DNA of 64,000 nucleotides, taken from positions 54,622,001 to 54,686,000 of the forward strand of contig NC_043008.1 in assembly GCF_006345805.1 (NCBI RefSeq), given 5' to 3'. This DNA comes from Octopus sinensis (Eukaryota). The translations under genes and the position numbers were made by a program. Of this stretch, positions 40,069 through 52,255 are shown one piece after another (the first letter of the stretch is position 1; every line of letters begins with the position of its first letter). A model generated the notes under the pieces. That model saw only the letters and a list, made by a program, of their open reading frames with translations, made no database searches and had not been told where the DNA came from.

Positions 40069-41150
40069 TGTTTAAAGTCTGCTTTCCATGCTGGCATGGG
40101 TTGGAAGATTTGACTGGCGAACCAGATGGCTGCACCAGGCTCCAATCTTGATCTGGCAGAGTTTCTACAGCTGGATGCCCTTCCTAACGCCAACCACTCT
40201 GAGAGTGTAGTGAGTGCTTTTACGTGCCTCCGGCATGAGGGCCAGTCAGGTGGTACAGGCAATGGCCACGCTCAGATGGTGTTTTTTATGTGCCACCTGC
40301 ACAGACGCCAGTCCAGCGGCACTGGCAACGACCTCGCTCAAATGTTTTTTTCATGTGCCAGTAAGGCGACACTGGTAACGATCATGTTCAAATGGTGCTT
40401 TTTACGTGCCACTGGAATGGAAGCCAGTTAGCCGCTCTGGCAACGAACATGCTCGGATGGTGCTCTTAGCACTCTGCTAGCACGGATGCCAGTCATCGAA
40501 TTTGATTTCGATTTCAATTTCAGTTGCCTCAACAGGTTTTCACAAGCAGAGTTTAGTGTCCACTGAAGGAAAGGTATGCATAAGTGGGCTGGTTACACCC
40601 CTGGCATAGGCCACATGAAGGTATAACTTCTGTGGTTAAGAGACATGCTTCTTAACCATGTGATTTTGGAGGGTGGAGTAACACATCCCAGCTGAGCTGC
40701 AGCAGTTTTTGTCTGGTTCCCAAAGCATCAAGTAGCGAAAAAAGTATCTTCCATTTTAAAGGGTTACAGAATTCACACAGGCTATAGGAACATAAACCTT
40801 CTTCCATGAAAAGATAGCTTAAACTGTGCTCTAAATGGAGGTGTATGTAGTCAAATCCTATTTTATGGACTCAACCATGTTCTAAAATAAGTTGAAAGGT
40901 AAGCTACTATAATCGGTACAAACTTTCTGGACAACCCAATATTAAATGTTAAGGCTAGGATCTTACAAAACTCTGAGGAATTAGACGAAAGTTACATAAA
41001 ATGAAATAGGGTGTTTGTCAGGAACATTATGCAAATAATAATTGTAATAATTCTTTATTTGCACAAGGTTGGGTAAGGGGGTCATTTAATGTAATCATAT
41101 TCTTTCTTGTTCTTTTGTTTAATATCATAAATATTTTTTTTTTCTTTCAG

Positions 41151-43379
41151 TCTGCCTGCAACTTCAGCACGTCTTACTCTGATGCTAGTTTTTCAAGACT
41201 TGAACATTACCAGCTCCAACACAACCCCCAAATGACGGCCAGTAAGTTAAAGCTATCCTTAGTGAAGTATGACCTCGATGCCACAAGACCCCGACGGGGA
41301 CGGCCCCCTAAGTATTCCCGCATTGACATATCACCTGTTACCAAATTCGAACCCATGCATTCAGAACCCTTCAAAATATTCGGCGAAGAACAAAACGGTT
41401 GTGTGAGTGGCCTTCAAAATAACCTGACGACAACAACAACAACAACAATGGCAGCAGCATCATCATCGATAACTGACAGTTACAAGGTTTATAAAGCTGG
41501 ACAAGATTGTCTTGACAAACTGTGTTTATATTTTATGAAGGAACATTATCACTGTACGAAACCCCGCTGTCACCATGCTACAGACCGACTGGATGTCCTC
41601 AATCTGCACATCAAGGATTTTCATAGTTTTGTTAACATACTGGAGGGCTTTCAGTTCTTCGACCACAACGTAGATTGCCGATACAATCACTGTCATTATA
41701 ACAAAGCCAACAAACATTTCCATTGCACTCGTCCACATTGTGATTATTCTTTCGTTAGACACAGCACGATGGTTCAGCACGACAAGAAGCACCAGAATCA
41801 CTCCTCGAACAACAATGATAACAACAACAACAACAACAGCAACAACTACAACAACACATGCACTAATACCAAACTCACCACTTATGTTCCAATCATGCCG
41901 GCCGTTTCAAAAGTTGCCGTTCAACCTCCTTCTACTAAAGCAGTGATCAAATCATCTGGGATATTTTATCCTCTATCTACAATCCCTACCAGCCAGCCAT
42001 ATCCAGTTACCATTCCGTCACAGACCCTGGTGTCAAACAGTAGTAACCTTACTAATCCCAGGGTAAATATCAGCATTCCTCTTATGAGCGAGATTAGTTC
42101 TCTGAGTTGCAGTTCTGCTGAGACATCTGGGAGTTCTTCTTGTAATGATGCTCCTTCTTTACCATTTCTCTTACAGCAGAAGAAGATTGAAAGTACATCT
42201 CAGTGTCAAAACTGGGACAGCATCAGGACCCAAATACATTTCTCAGTGTATCAAAATTGTGGCCGTCCTTTCTGCAAGCTCAAGAAAAAAGACCATTACC
42301 ATTGTCTTCAGTGTAACCAAGCATTTTCTGAGTGTTCCCGATTGCAATATCACTTGAGCAGGCATGGCCTCAAGTTCCTTTCTAGTGTAGTTAAAGCCCC
42401 ACTGTTAGAGAATTCGCCAGCTGACTTGTCCGACGATGGGAATAGCAACTTCAGTATTAATTCCAAACATATGAAGAACTTTACTGAAGAAGCAGAAACC
42501 ATGGATGAAGAAAAGGCCCCATCTTTCTCCACTGGATTAAATAATCCTATGACAATGTCATCTGATTTGGATTCAAGGCTGTCAACAGGTTGTCACATGG
42601 ATCGAAGATCTCCCAGTATGTGTTCCGGAATGAACTCTTTTGGTGAGAGTATCCCAACAGAGAGGTCAGAAATTGACCAAGGGAATGACGGTAATTCCTT
42701 GTATTTGGACAGTTCTCACAGGAAACGGAAAGCAAGTGGAAGCGAAGAATTTGAAGACGAAGTAACAATGAACAGGAAACAGCCTCATCTCATGATGCCG
42801 TCCGAAACTGAAGCATGTAATACCAGTGCCCTTACTGCCTACCGAGCAGAAGGAGTCCCAGAGGGCTACATTCGAATACGATATAATGAAGACTGTAAAT
42901 TTCAACGGTGTACGTACAAACATATGGTAACGCACTTCCACTGTCGACGGCAGGATTGTGGCTACGGCTTTAGTGACCGATCACGGATCGTTCAACACAA
43001 GTTGCGACATGAACGGATCGACAGCATCATTGGCGAAGATTTTAAGCAGTTCCGAGCCAGTCTCTCATGCCACTACCACAAGTGCCAATACGATGCGAAA
43101 TCGTCGCATTACCATTGTCTGAAATGTGACTTTGTTTGCACAGACACGACCAAAGTCACGGCACACCGCAAGCATCACGTCAAGATGGAGACAATAGCAT
43201 CTCATGGGTTCCAAAAATTTGTCGGCAGCGAAGGATGCAGTGTGCCGTCCTGTACTTCGTATAAGAAGCAAACACACTACCACTGCATGCAAGACGATTG
43301 CAACTTTGCCGTTCTTGGTCTGTCACAGATGACATCACACAAAGTGAAACACATCACCGAATCAGCTAACTTATATTAA
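41151..43379 (+). CDS. CASZ1: castor terminal coding exon (742 aa + stop): end of finger 6, fingers 7-12, AT-hook, PXDLS-like motif
   Basis: tttcAG acceptor, in frame with ORF 41115-43379. Six complete C-x4-C...H(Y/F)HC-x2/4-C...H-x3/4-H units. TAA stop at 43377-43379. Confidence 0.96.
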   Translation, partial: SACNFSTSYSDASFSRLEHYQLQHNPQMTASKLKLSLVKYDLDATRPRRGRPPKYSRIDISPVTKFEPMHSEPFKIFGEEQNGCVSGLQNNLTTTTTTTMAAASSSITDSYKVYKAGQDCLDKLCLYFMKEHYHCTKPRCHHATDRLDVLNLHIKDFHSFVNILEGFQFFDHNVDCRYNHCHYNKANKHFHCTRPHCDYSFVRHSTMVQHDKKHQNHSSNNNDNNNNNNSNNYNNTCTNTKLTTYVPIMPAVSKVAVQPPSTKAVIKSSGIFYPLSTIPTSQPYPVTIPSQTLVSNSSNLTNPRVNISIPLMSEISSLSCSSAETSGSSSCNDAPSLPFLLQQKKIESTSQCQNWDSIRTQIHFSVYQNCGRPFCKLKKKDHYHCLQCNQAFSECSRLQYHLSRHGLKFLSSVVKAPLLENSPADLSDDGNSNFSINSKHMKNFTEEAETMDEEKAPSFSTGLNNPMTMSSDLDSRLSTGCHMDRRSPSMCSGMNSFGESIPTERSEIDQGNDGNSLYLDSSHRKRKASGSEEFEDEVTMNRKQPHLMMPSETEACNTSALTAYRAEGVPEGYIRIRYNEDCKFQRCTYKHMVTHFHCRRQDCGYGFSDRSRIVQHKLRHERIDSIIGEDFKQFRASLSCHYHKCQYDAKSSHYHCLKCDFVCTDTTKVTAHRKHHVKMETIASHGFQKFVGSEGCSVPSCTSYKKQTHYHCMQDDCNFAVLGLSQMTSHKVKHITESANLY

Positions 43380-43422
43380 ACAATCACATTTTAATTGTAC
43401 AACTACAACAATGATGACGATC

Positions 43423-43424
<2 letters not shown>

Positions 43425-43455
<31 letters not shown>

Positions 43456-43535
43456 TTAGTAATAAAAATGAAAATAACACTAATAATTGCAACAGTGACA
43501 ATAATCCTTTCTTTATTGGTTAAGAAACAAAAAAA

Positions 43536-43617
<82 letters not shown>

Positions 43618-43662
43618 GTAACAATAATAATAGTAATAATAATAATAATAGTAACAATAATA

Positions 43663-43731
<69 letters not shown>

Positions 43732-43732
43732 G
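43425..43732. repeat. (AAT)n array immediately after the castor stop codon
   Basis: Read directly from the sequence; imperfect, with AGT/AAC interruptions. Confidence 0.95.
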
Positions 43733-44178
43733 TACTCCTTTCTACTGTAGGCACAAGGCTTGGAATTTTTGGGGGAGGGGTTAAGTCAATTACATTGACC
43801 CCAGTACTCCACTTGTACTTTATTTATCAAAACCCCCAAAAGAATGAAAGGTAAAGTCGTCCTTTGTGGAATTTGAACTCAGAACGTCAAGACAGCCGAA
43901 ATGCCACTAAGCATTTTGCCTGGTATGCTAATGATTCTGCCAGCTCATCACCTCAGAGTAATAATAATAATAATAATTTCTTTTATTAACGACAAGGGCC
44001 CTTAAAGATGTTGAGAACAATTACAAAGGCAAAATACAAAGAACAAGAAGAACAACAGCAATGAACAGTGAGTAATTTACATGGAGTAAAAATGGGTGAA
44101 ATCAATAATAAAAGTAAAGTCAAAACTAATTAATAATATTTACTGTTAATTAGTCAAACTAATTAGCAGTAAGTAGAG

Positions 44179-44315
44179 CTAATAATAAGCGAAGTTAACC
44201 TCCACATCTATATAGCTGTTTGATGCCACTACTGTTTTAACCCCAGGCAGATCTCCCGCCAGCTGGTTGTAGGTGCAACCTGCCCCCTGTATATATTGCA
44301 AGCAGGGGAGAAAAT
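44179..44315 (-). CDS. Candidate terminal exon of an unidentified minus-strand gene (FLPCLQYIQGAGCTYNQLAGDLPGVKTVVASNSYIDVEVNFAYY*)
   Basis: Polypyrimidine tract plus ttAG acceptor, TAG stop, and a minus-strand AATAAA at 43982-87. No homology recognised. Confidence 0.3.
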
Positions 44316-44371
44316 CTAATAATAGTAGAGAACATAAGAACAAGAAAGGATTTCCAGAATGAGGGAACAAA

Positions 44372-44562
44372 TAGGGTACTCTGCACACAAGGTACCCTTT
44401 ACATATCCTCAACAGGGTACTCCATACCTAACCTTGGCAGGGTACCCCACACATAACAGTGGTAGCGTGCCCTATACATAACCTCATCAGGGTACCCCAT
44501 GTGTAACTATGGCAGGGTACTCCACTTATATCCTTGGCAGGGCACCCCATACGTAACCTGAG
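44372..44562. repeat. 25-bp minisatellite, about 7 diverged copies
   Basis: CAGGGTACCCCATACATAACCTTGG-like units start at 44413, 44438, 44463, 44488, 44513 and 44538. Confidence 0.85.
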
Positions 44563-45525
44563 ATTACTCTGACATGCTTAACCCCAGTGTCTTCTAGCTT
44601 TTGCTACAAGTCTACCAATGAATAGTTAACTCATTCATCCATGCTAATTCTGTGTGTATATATATAGGTGTGTGTGTATATATAAGTAGCTTGCTTACCA
44701 ACCACATGGTTCCGGGTTCAATCCCACTGTGTGGCACCTTGGGCAAGAGTCTTCTACTATAGCCTCGGGCCGACCAAGGCCTTACGAGTGGATTTGGTAG
44801 ATGGAAACTGAAAAGAAGCCTGTCGTATATATGTATATATATGTTTGTGTGTCTGTGTTTGTCTGCCTCCAACCAGGGCTTTCGCGACACCCTTAAAGCC
44901 AGGAACCCTTCTGCACCTTCATGTAAAAGGTCTATGTATTTTACACTTGGATTTTAATAATTGGATTGCCTTTCCAGCCATGACAAACCTGTCTTATTGT
45001 TTTTAGTCACAGTTATCAAGAACTGATTTTTCTGATTTGTTCATTTGCTTTTAAGTCATAGATGTTTGTGACATGTCGCTCTATGTTTTTGACGACCTGT
45101 CGGATAATAAATCCTTTACTTGAAATCCAGGTGAGGATTGGTGAAAGGAAGGGCTTCAAAGTCGATTCTTGTTCAAACCATGCTAGCAGAAATATTGGAT
45201 GTTAAAGGAACAAACGAATGGGTGTGTGATTTGAAGGAGGTGTGCCTGGTGAAGATAAGTTTGTATGTTGTGGGTAAAGTAATGTTTAGTTACTTTAAGG
45301 AGGGACACTTTTTTGGAGTTGACCTCTTACTCGAAATAAGGAATTTTGCAAATATTTTAAGTGAGTTTTTTATTGATGTAGACCCTCACTAGTTTCTTTG
45401 GATTCTAGTTGATTTTTAAAAGTCCAGAGGGAGAGAGAGAGAGAGAGAAAGAGAGAGTTGCCAGCCAGGCAACTACTCGTGTGTGTATGTATGTATGTAC
45501 AGACATGTGTGTGTGTGTGTGTTTG

Positions 45526-45570
<45 letters not shown>

Positions 45571-45977
45571 TGAGACCCCCTTCGGTCATGACTGACCATG
45601 GGATTGCAACTAGAAAGTTCCCCTTCCAGGCACAAGTCCGGGCAAGGTTGTTTATGGAAGACCAGCAGTCACCCATGCATACCAGCCTCTCCTCTCCACG
45701 CCACCAGTGTTATCCAAGGGAAAGACAAAGGCTGATACAGCTTGGCACCTGTGACGTTGCAAATAATTTCTACAGTTGAGTGAACTGGAGCAATGTGAAA
45801 TAAAGTGTCTTGCTCAAGAACACAACACGCAGCCCATTCTGGGATTCGAACTCACAATCTCGAGTTCATAAGCTCGACGCTCTAACCACTGAGCCATGCG
45901 CCTTCACTATTATATATATATACACACATATGTATGTATATATATATATGCACATATGTATGTATATATATATGCAC

Positions 45978-46045
<68 letters not shown>

Positions 46046-46768
46046 TTTTATATGTTTCAGCCCTAAGGCTGTTAGACTAAATACACTATTATTCACTTCA
46101 ATAAAGAAACTAAGAAATACATAGGGAGAAAGAGAGAGAGAGAGAGGGGGGGGGCGAGGGGTGGTGGTAGGAGGGGACATTGTTAGCCAGTCATTCACAG
46201 AGACTCCAGTAATACGCTGGAGAGTGACCTAACTTCTGTATTAAGTTTCCTCATTTATAATTAATGTTTAATTGTTTTAACCATTTTCTAAAATCTTAAA
46301 AAAATATACACTCCGTCCAACAATCTATATCATACACAGTTATTACAACGATTATATAGGTCTACATTATTCATGTATATATATATGTATGTATGTATAT
46401 ATATTTGTATATCTTTTGGTCTAGTTGCAGCTAGTTCTTTTTTGTAACTTAAAGGATGTAAAATTCTGCTGTCTCTTATTCATTTCTCTCCTTTCAACTT
46501 TTCCCTGAAGAAGAAATTATGCCCGAAATGTCGGATTTTATATTTCCCACAGCAAAGTTAATTGTACTCTTTTAATCGATTTTATTACATAAGCCTTACC
46601 AATGCAGACCAACACCTGTGTCATTGGAATCTGATCACCCCCCCCCCACACACACTAATAAATTTGTGTATATAATATTGTGTAAATGTGTGTGTGTATA
46701 TAACATGATGCATGTATGTGTGTAGATGTATGCATGTGTGCACATATATGTGTATATCTATATATATA

Positions 46769-47167
46769 GGCGTAGGAGTGGCTGTGTGGTAAGTAGCTTG
46801 CTTACCAACCACATGGTTCCAGGTTCAATCCCACTGCGTGGCACCTTGGGCAAGTGTCTTCTACTACAGCCTCGGGCCGACCAAAGCCTTGTGAATGGAT
46901 TTGGTAGACGGAAACTGAAAGAAGCCCGTCATATATGTGTATGTGTATATGTTTGTGTGTCTGTGTTTGTCCCCCAAACATCGCTTGACAAACGATTGCT
47001 GGTGTGTTTACGTCCCCGTAACTTAGCGGATTGGCAAAAGAGACTGATAGAATAAGTACTAGGCTTGCAATGAATAAGTTCTAGGGTCGATTTGCTCGAC
47101 TAAATGCGGTGCTCCAGCATGGCCACAGTCAAATGACTGAAACAAGTGAAAGAGTAAAAGAGTAAAG
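46769..47167 (+). mobile_element. SINE family A, full length. Further partial copies at about 3195-3340, 5040-5220, 20236-20910, 24004-24115, 34561-34740, 39100-39380, 44686-44870, 55361-55620 and 60043-60385
   Basis: Near-consensus head, CORE-like segment and tail, inserted next to (TA)n. Confidence 0.8.
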
Positions 47168-47806
47168 GGTATATATATAGATATATGCACACATATGTAT
47201 AAAACTATTTTGCTGCCACACTAATCACTCGTGTTCATTTACGTAACTGAGCTGTGGGGCAAAAGGGAATGATAGAATAAGTAATGAGGCTTAATTAAGT
47301 ATTATGGTCGATTTATCCAACTAAACCGTTCAAAGTGATGCCCCAGCATGGCCGCAGTCCAATGACTGTACCAAGTTAAAGATAAAAGAAAGATACTCTA
47401 TTTGGTTTATTCTTCCATTTCTCTTGTAGCTTTTAGTCTTTAACAGTGGAGGCGCAATGGCCCAGTGGTTAGGGCAGTGGACTCGCGGTCATAGGATCGC
47501 GGTTTCGATTCCCAGACCGGGCGTTGTGAGTGTTTATTGAGCGAAAACACCTAAAAGCTCCATGAGGCTCCGGCAGGGGATGGTGGTGATCCCTGCTGTT
47601 CTGAGCTCAAATTCCACCAAGGTCAACTTTACTTTTCATTCCTCTGGGATTGACAAAATTGAATACCAGTCAAATATTGGGGTAGATGTTAACAAGCAGC
47701 AACCCCAGTCCCTTCCTCCAAAATTTCAGGCCCTTGTGCCTACAGTAGAAAACACTACTACTACTACTAATACTACTACGACTACCACCACCACAACTAC
47801 CACTCC

Positions 47807-47842
<36 letters not shown>

Positions 47843-47854
47843 CACCATACCTCC

Positions 47855-47886
<32 letters not shown>

Positions 47887-47894
47887 CACCACCT

Positions 47895-47939
<45 letters not shown>

Positions 47940-48208
47940 TACTACTACTACTACTACTACTACTACCAAAGTGATGAGCTGGGAAAATTCTCAGCAGCAT
48001 TTCGTCCGTCTTTATGTTCAAATCCCGCCGTGATTGACTTGGCTTTGTATCCTTTTGGGGTCGACAAATTAAGTATCAGTGAAACACTGGGGTTGATGAA
48101 ATCATCTGGTCTCCTCCCTCTAAATTTGAGGCCTTGTGCCTTTAGTAGAAAGGATTATTATCATCATTATCATCATCATCATCATCATCATCATTATTAT
48201 TATTATAA

Positions 48209-48256
<48 letters not shown>

Positions 48257-48869
48257 GGTAGCGAGCTGGCAGAAACGTTAGCACACCGCACAAAATGCTC
48301 GACAGCATTTCGCCCCGTCTTTGCATCCTGTGTTCAAATGCCCACTGAGGTCAATTTTTGCCTTTCATCCGTTCGGGGCCCGATAAATTGAGTAGCAGCT
48401 GAACGCTGGAGTCGATGTAATCTCACTTGTACCAGAATTTGAAACTTCCACCACCACCACCACCACTACTACTACTACTACTACGTTGCCTTTCATCGAT
48501 CCAGGATTGATAAAATCCCTGTGTAATTTCTAGGTTCAAATTAATCACGTAATCCCTTCCGCCTAAATTTCTAACCTCGTGCCTATGCTTTCCTTCCACC
48601 CCCCACCCCGGCTCGCCATTCAGAACCAAGTTTCTGGTCTTGTACCTGTCAGAAACATTACTTGGCGGAATCACTACATTATTGGACAAAATGCCTTTGA
48701 AGTATTATTTCTTCTGATTCTTAAATATTCTAAGTTCGAACCCTGCCTTTGTCAACTTTGCCTTCCTGGGACCCGTAAAATAATGTACCAGTAAAATACT
48801 GAGATATATGGTATCAACTACCCTCTCCCCGAAATTACTGGCCTTATGCCAACATATGAAACCATTATT

Positions 48870-49100
48870 ATCATCATTGAATTGACTCAGGTTCGTTCTT
48901 ATTCCTGGTAGAATTCATGGGGGCAGCGGGTTGCTACCTGTAACCTTAGGTATCCAAAATATTTCAATAGTCTTTCAAGTGCTTAAAACCCTCCAGTTAA
49001 TCTTTCCTGTCTCCAATAGAAGAGGCGAACTTTCTGTAGAAACTCTACGGGGCATTCTATTCGAATCTCCTTCAACCATTCGTCTGTATCTTTGCTTTAC
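48870..49100 (-). mobile_element. Possible 3' end of an RLE-type (R4/Dong-like) LINE
   Basis: The minus strand reads EWLKEIRIECPVEFLQKV / LETGKINWRVLST*, resembling LQKxxLLGTARIxRxVL* termini. Recognised by eye only. Confidence 0.35.
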
Positions 49101-49583
49101 AATTCCCAATTTATTATTAAGGTAGCGAGCTGGCAGAATCGTTAGAATGCTGGGGGGAAAAACATGTTCAACAGCATTTCTTCTAGCTTTGCGTTCCAGG
49201 TTCAAATGCTGCTGAAGTCGACTTTGTCATCAGTCCACTTGGGATCAATTAAATAAGTACCAGTGGAACACTAAAGTCAATATGACTTAAACCGTATTCC
49301 TATAATTGCTGGCCTTGTGCACAAAAATTTGAAACTACTACTACTACTACTACTACTACTACATTGCCTTTCCTTCTCCTAGGGTCGATAAAAAGAAGTA
49401 GCAGTCAAGTACTGGAGTGGAAGAAGGTGACATAATTATCTGCAGTCATTAACCCCAAATTTTAGACCTTGCATCTATGATGGAAAATATTAACACCACT
49501 AGATATTTAGTCTGTTGCTCCGTCGATTCCATCATCGCCCTCTAGTAATAGTAATAGTAACAATAATAATAATAATAATAGAA

Positions 49584-50050
49584 GATGGGCTTACAGCAAA
49601 TATTCTGCTGAATATCACAGATCTGCTTGTCAGTTGTTTGACCTTAATCAGTTGAGCATGCCCCTTAGTGGCTGACGATATGTGCATCTCTGATCAGGAG
49701 CAGAAGTAGTGGGGGAGCATCATAGCCATGTTTTGAGAGGGATTCTTTCGGGTTTGGATAATTCACCTTTGGAAACATGGGTGTTTCGTTCAACATCCTT
49801 AAACAACCCTTATTCAGGGACCTTTTGAGCGAGATGGGCTACTCGACCTGAAGAAAATTCTAACTGGGTCCCACCTGCAAGGTCATGTGCTGTTTATCTT
49901 GATATGAGATCACCATGTCGTGCATATATCATTGTGATGCATGTGCCTGGTGTACCCTTATGAGACGGGTAGTCCTGATGGGTATACTGGGCTCCGTATA
50001 TTTTGTCCCAGTGTCACTTTCATGGCATGCACTGCTCTCTCACTCAATAA
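49584..50050 (+). repeat. Interspersed repeat family E, second copy of about 4288-4735, ending in (AAT)n
   Basis: Long colinear match (GATGGGCT...CAGCAAATATTCTGCT...GCACTGCTCTCTCACTCAATAA). Class unknown. Confidence 0.75.
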
Positions 50051-51769
50051 CAATAATCTCATCACTTTTAACAGAACGATCTGTTGCGAGTTGATTCTTG
50101 ACGTTTATCCAGTCGACTCTTATTCCAGCAATGTAATTGTCCCCTTCAGATGTATTTTATAAGGCACTACTTGCCATCAAGAAGAAGAGAAATGAAATTA
50201 CTCTGTTAATTATTCATGCAATGTCTGTGTTTTATGATTTGTTTCCATGCAAAATATCCGTGACATTTTCCATCATATATCAAGGCAAATATATGTAAAA
50301 AAAAAAAACCCAACAAAATATATCTATATATAAAAATTAAGACGCATAGTGGATAATGCATTTAGACTATCAGCACGTCACAAGTCTTAAGTTTATGAAT
50401 CCACTGTAGCACACTTTATTGAGCATTTGGGCAGGAACAGCTGGTTGGTATTGTCTGGTGAAATTAGCAGATGTTGACTAGCGACCCATCCAGAGGTGTA
50501 AATATATTTCTCGTTTATGAAATGTAATAAAATCTGAACTCAGCACCAAGCCTTCTTAGTCCGCCAAGGAGGCTCTTGAAACACATTTCTTTGTTTTTAT
50601 TTTAAATTTTTATTTATTTATTACTAAACTAAACTGAAACCAAAGTGCCACACACGTTTTAACTTTTTTTCATCTGATTTCTGTAAAATATTGGAAGGTC
50701 AAATTTCTTATCTTCACTGTGAAATAAATTAGAGGTCTTAGTACCTCGTTAAAATACCACACAATGTGTCTTTTGTTGCTTTAATTATAATTTTGTATTT
50801 TTTTTTATGTGACAACTTAAAATGACAATACTGCGCACTCATAAAAAGAAAACAAACATCTAGGTCAGAAATTTGGAGAATATCGAATTTATCCACTGGC
50901 TTAAAACGCTTTATCGCATTATGCACTTTTATGATGCTGTATTAGAAAAAAAAAGCCTATAATAATATCATTTGGTTTGATCAGCTTTTTAGTATAGATG
51001 TAGTGGCTAAGAAAGCTTGGAAATTCACGTTATTGATAAAATCACCTAATTAGATATAAATATCAAGCACTTTAATAAGAATACTGTAAAAGTTAGCTAT
51101 AGTTGTATGATTTTAATATCTAATTCTAAGTTACTATCACATGGAGGAAATCAAATGAATGATCGAAATTTAACTGCAGCAATATTATGTGTAGTGTACT
51201 TGATGGTAAGTATCTGACAGGCAAGAATATCTAACCAAAAATAACATCTGCATATAGTATGGGAATAAATAATATAGGGTAAACTGAATACGTTTGAAAA
51301 GGGCGGATATACGCAGTATAGTCACTCTTCAGATCGAGAGAGAAAATAAACACCGTCTCCTTCCCTGCCTCAGTAATATAGAAATAACAATTACATGATA
51401 TAGTTTTTTAGTTAATAGCTCAAAGAAAAACACCGTACTGTATTTTCATCCAAAAAATCCAAACTTTGTATGGCTGAAAAATAACAGCATTCTGATTCAA
51501 CACTTCACAAATGACGAACAAAAATAAATACATGAAACAATTATCTTAATGCAGAGATCAGAATGAATGTTTCTTAAAATGATCCTTCCATTTGCAGCCC
51601 AAACTATATGATATTGATATTGATATACACTTAGAATTTGCTGAATAAAATGGATCCAAGGTTCAGAACTTCTTATTGTTACAAAGATTACATACTTGTT
51701 ATTTGATAAAATATTCATTTATTGTAGGTGGCTTCTTTTATTTTTGTACTTTTTTTGTGTACATTGGAA

Positions 51770-52255
51770 CTGATATAATAACGGTTTTTGCTCAACTGAT
51801 TATTTTGCAAGATTGAAGACACGGATATTGTTGTGGATAAACGCTGTTGGCGGAATGCAGAGTGTAAACCTTTGTTCTTTTTTCTTTTGCATGATGCCTA
51901 TTAGAATATCCATCTTTAATAGAACAAGTACCAGTTTGAGCAGAAGTATTAAAGTGCTGACAAGCAAAACAAAACAAGGCTATCTTTGAAAGAGAATACT
52001 CTAACCATAAACGACCAGTATACCAGCTTGACGAGAAGTCACGTCTCTGATTTCCATAAAAATTTTTGGAGCAAACTTTGCTAGAACTGGCTGCACTGGT
52101 TGGCAGTCGACCTGTCCTAGATCATCCAATGAGGGTGTCAAAGACCTTGCAAGACCTCCCTTGAGCTGCGAAACTTCGTTTGCAATTCTCTTCTGTTTAG
52201 CATTATTAGATGAATCAGATTGGAAATTCAGAAATGATTGCTTCAGTTCTCTTTT
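51770..52255 (-). mobile_element. Decayed hAT-family (ZMYM1-like, TTF-type zinc finger) transposase 5' region
   Basis: The minus strand reads PVQPVLAKF../YGNQRRDFSSSWYTGRLWLEYSLSKIALFCFACQHF...DGYSN with frameshifts. A G-rich hAT-like terminus lies at about 52955-53034. Confidence 0.7.

Noticed and set aside
45138-45392. 84-aa plus-strand ORF
   Set aside because: No splice or start context. The minus strand looks faintly like a decayed LINE C-terminus, too weak to call.
47447-47520. tRNA gene candidates (also 13181-13255 and 11600-11674)
   Set aside because: They have A/B boxes but continue into a shared SINE body, lack a clean acceptor stem and terminator, and one has a TSD.
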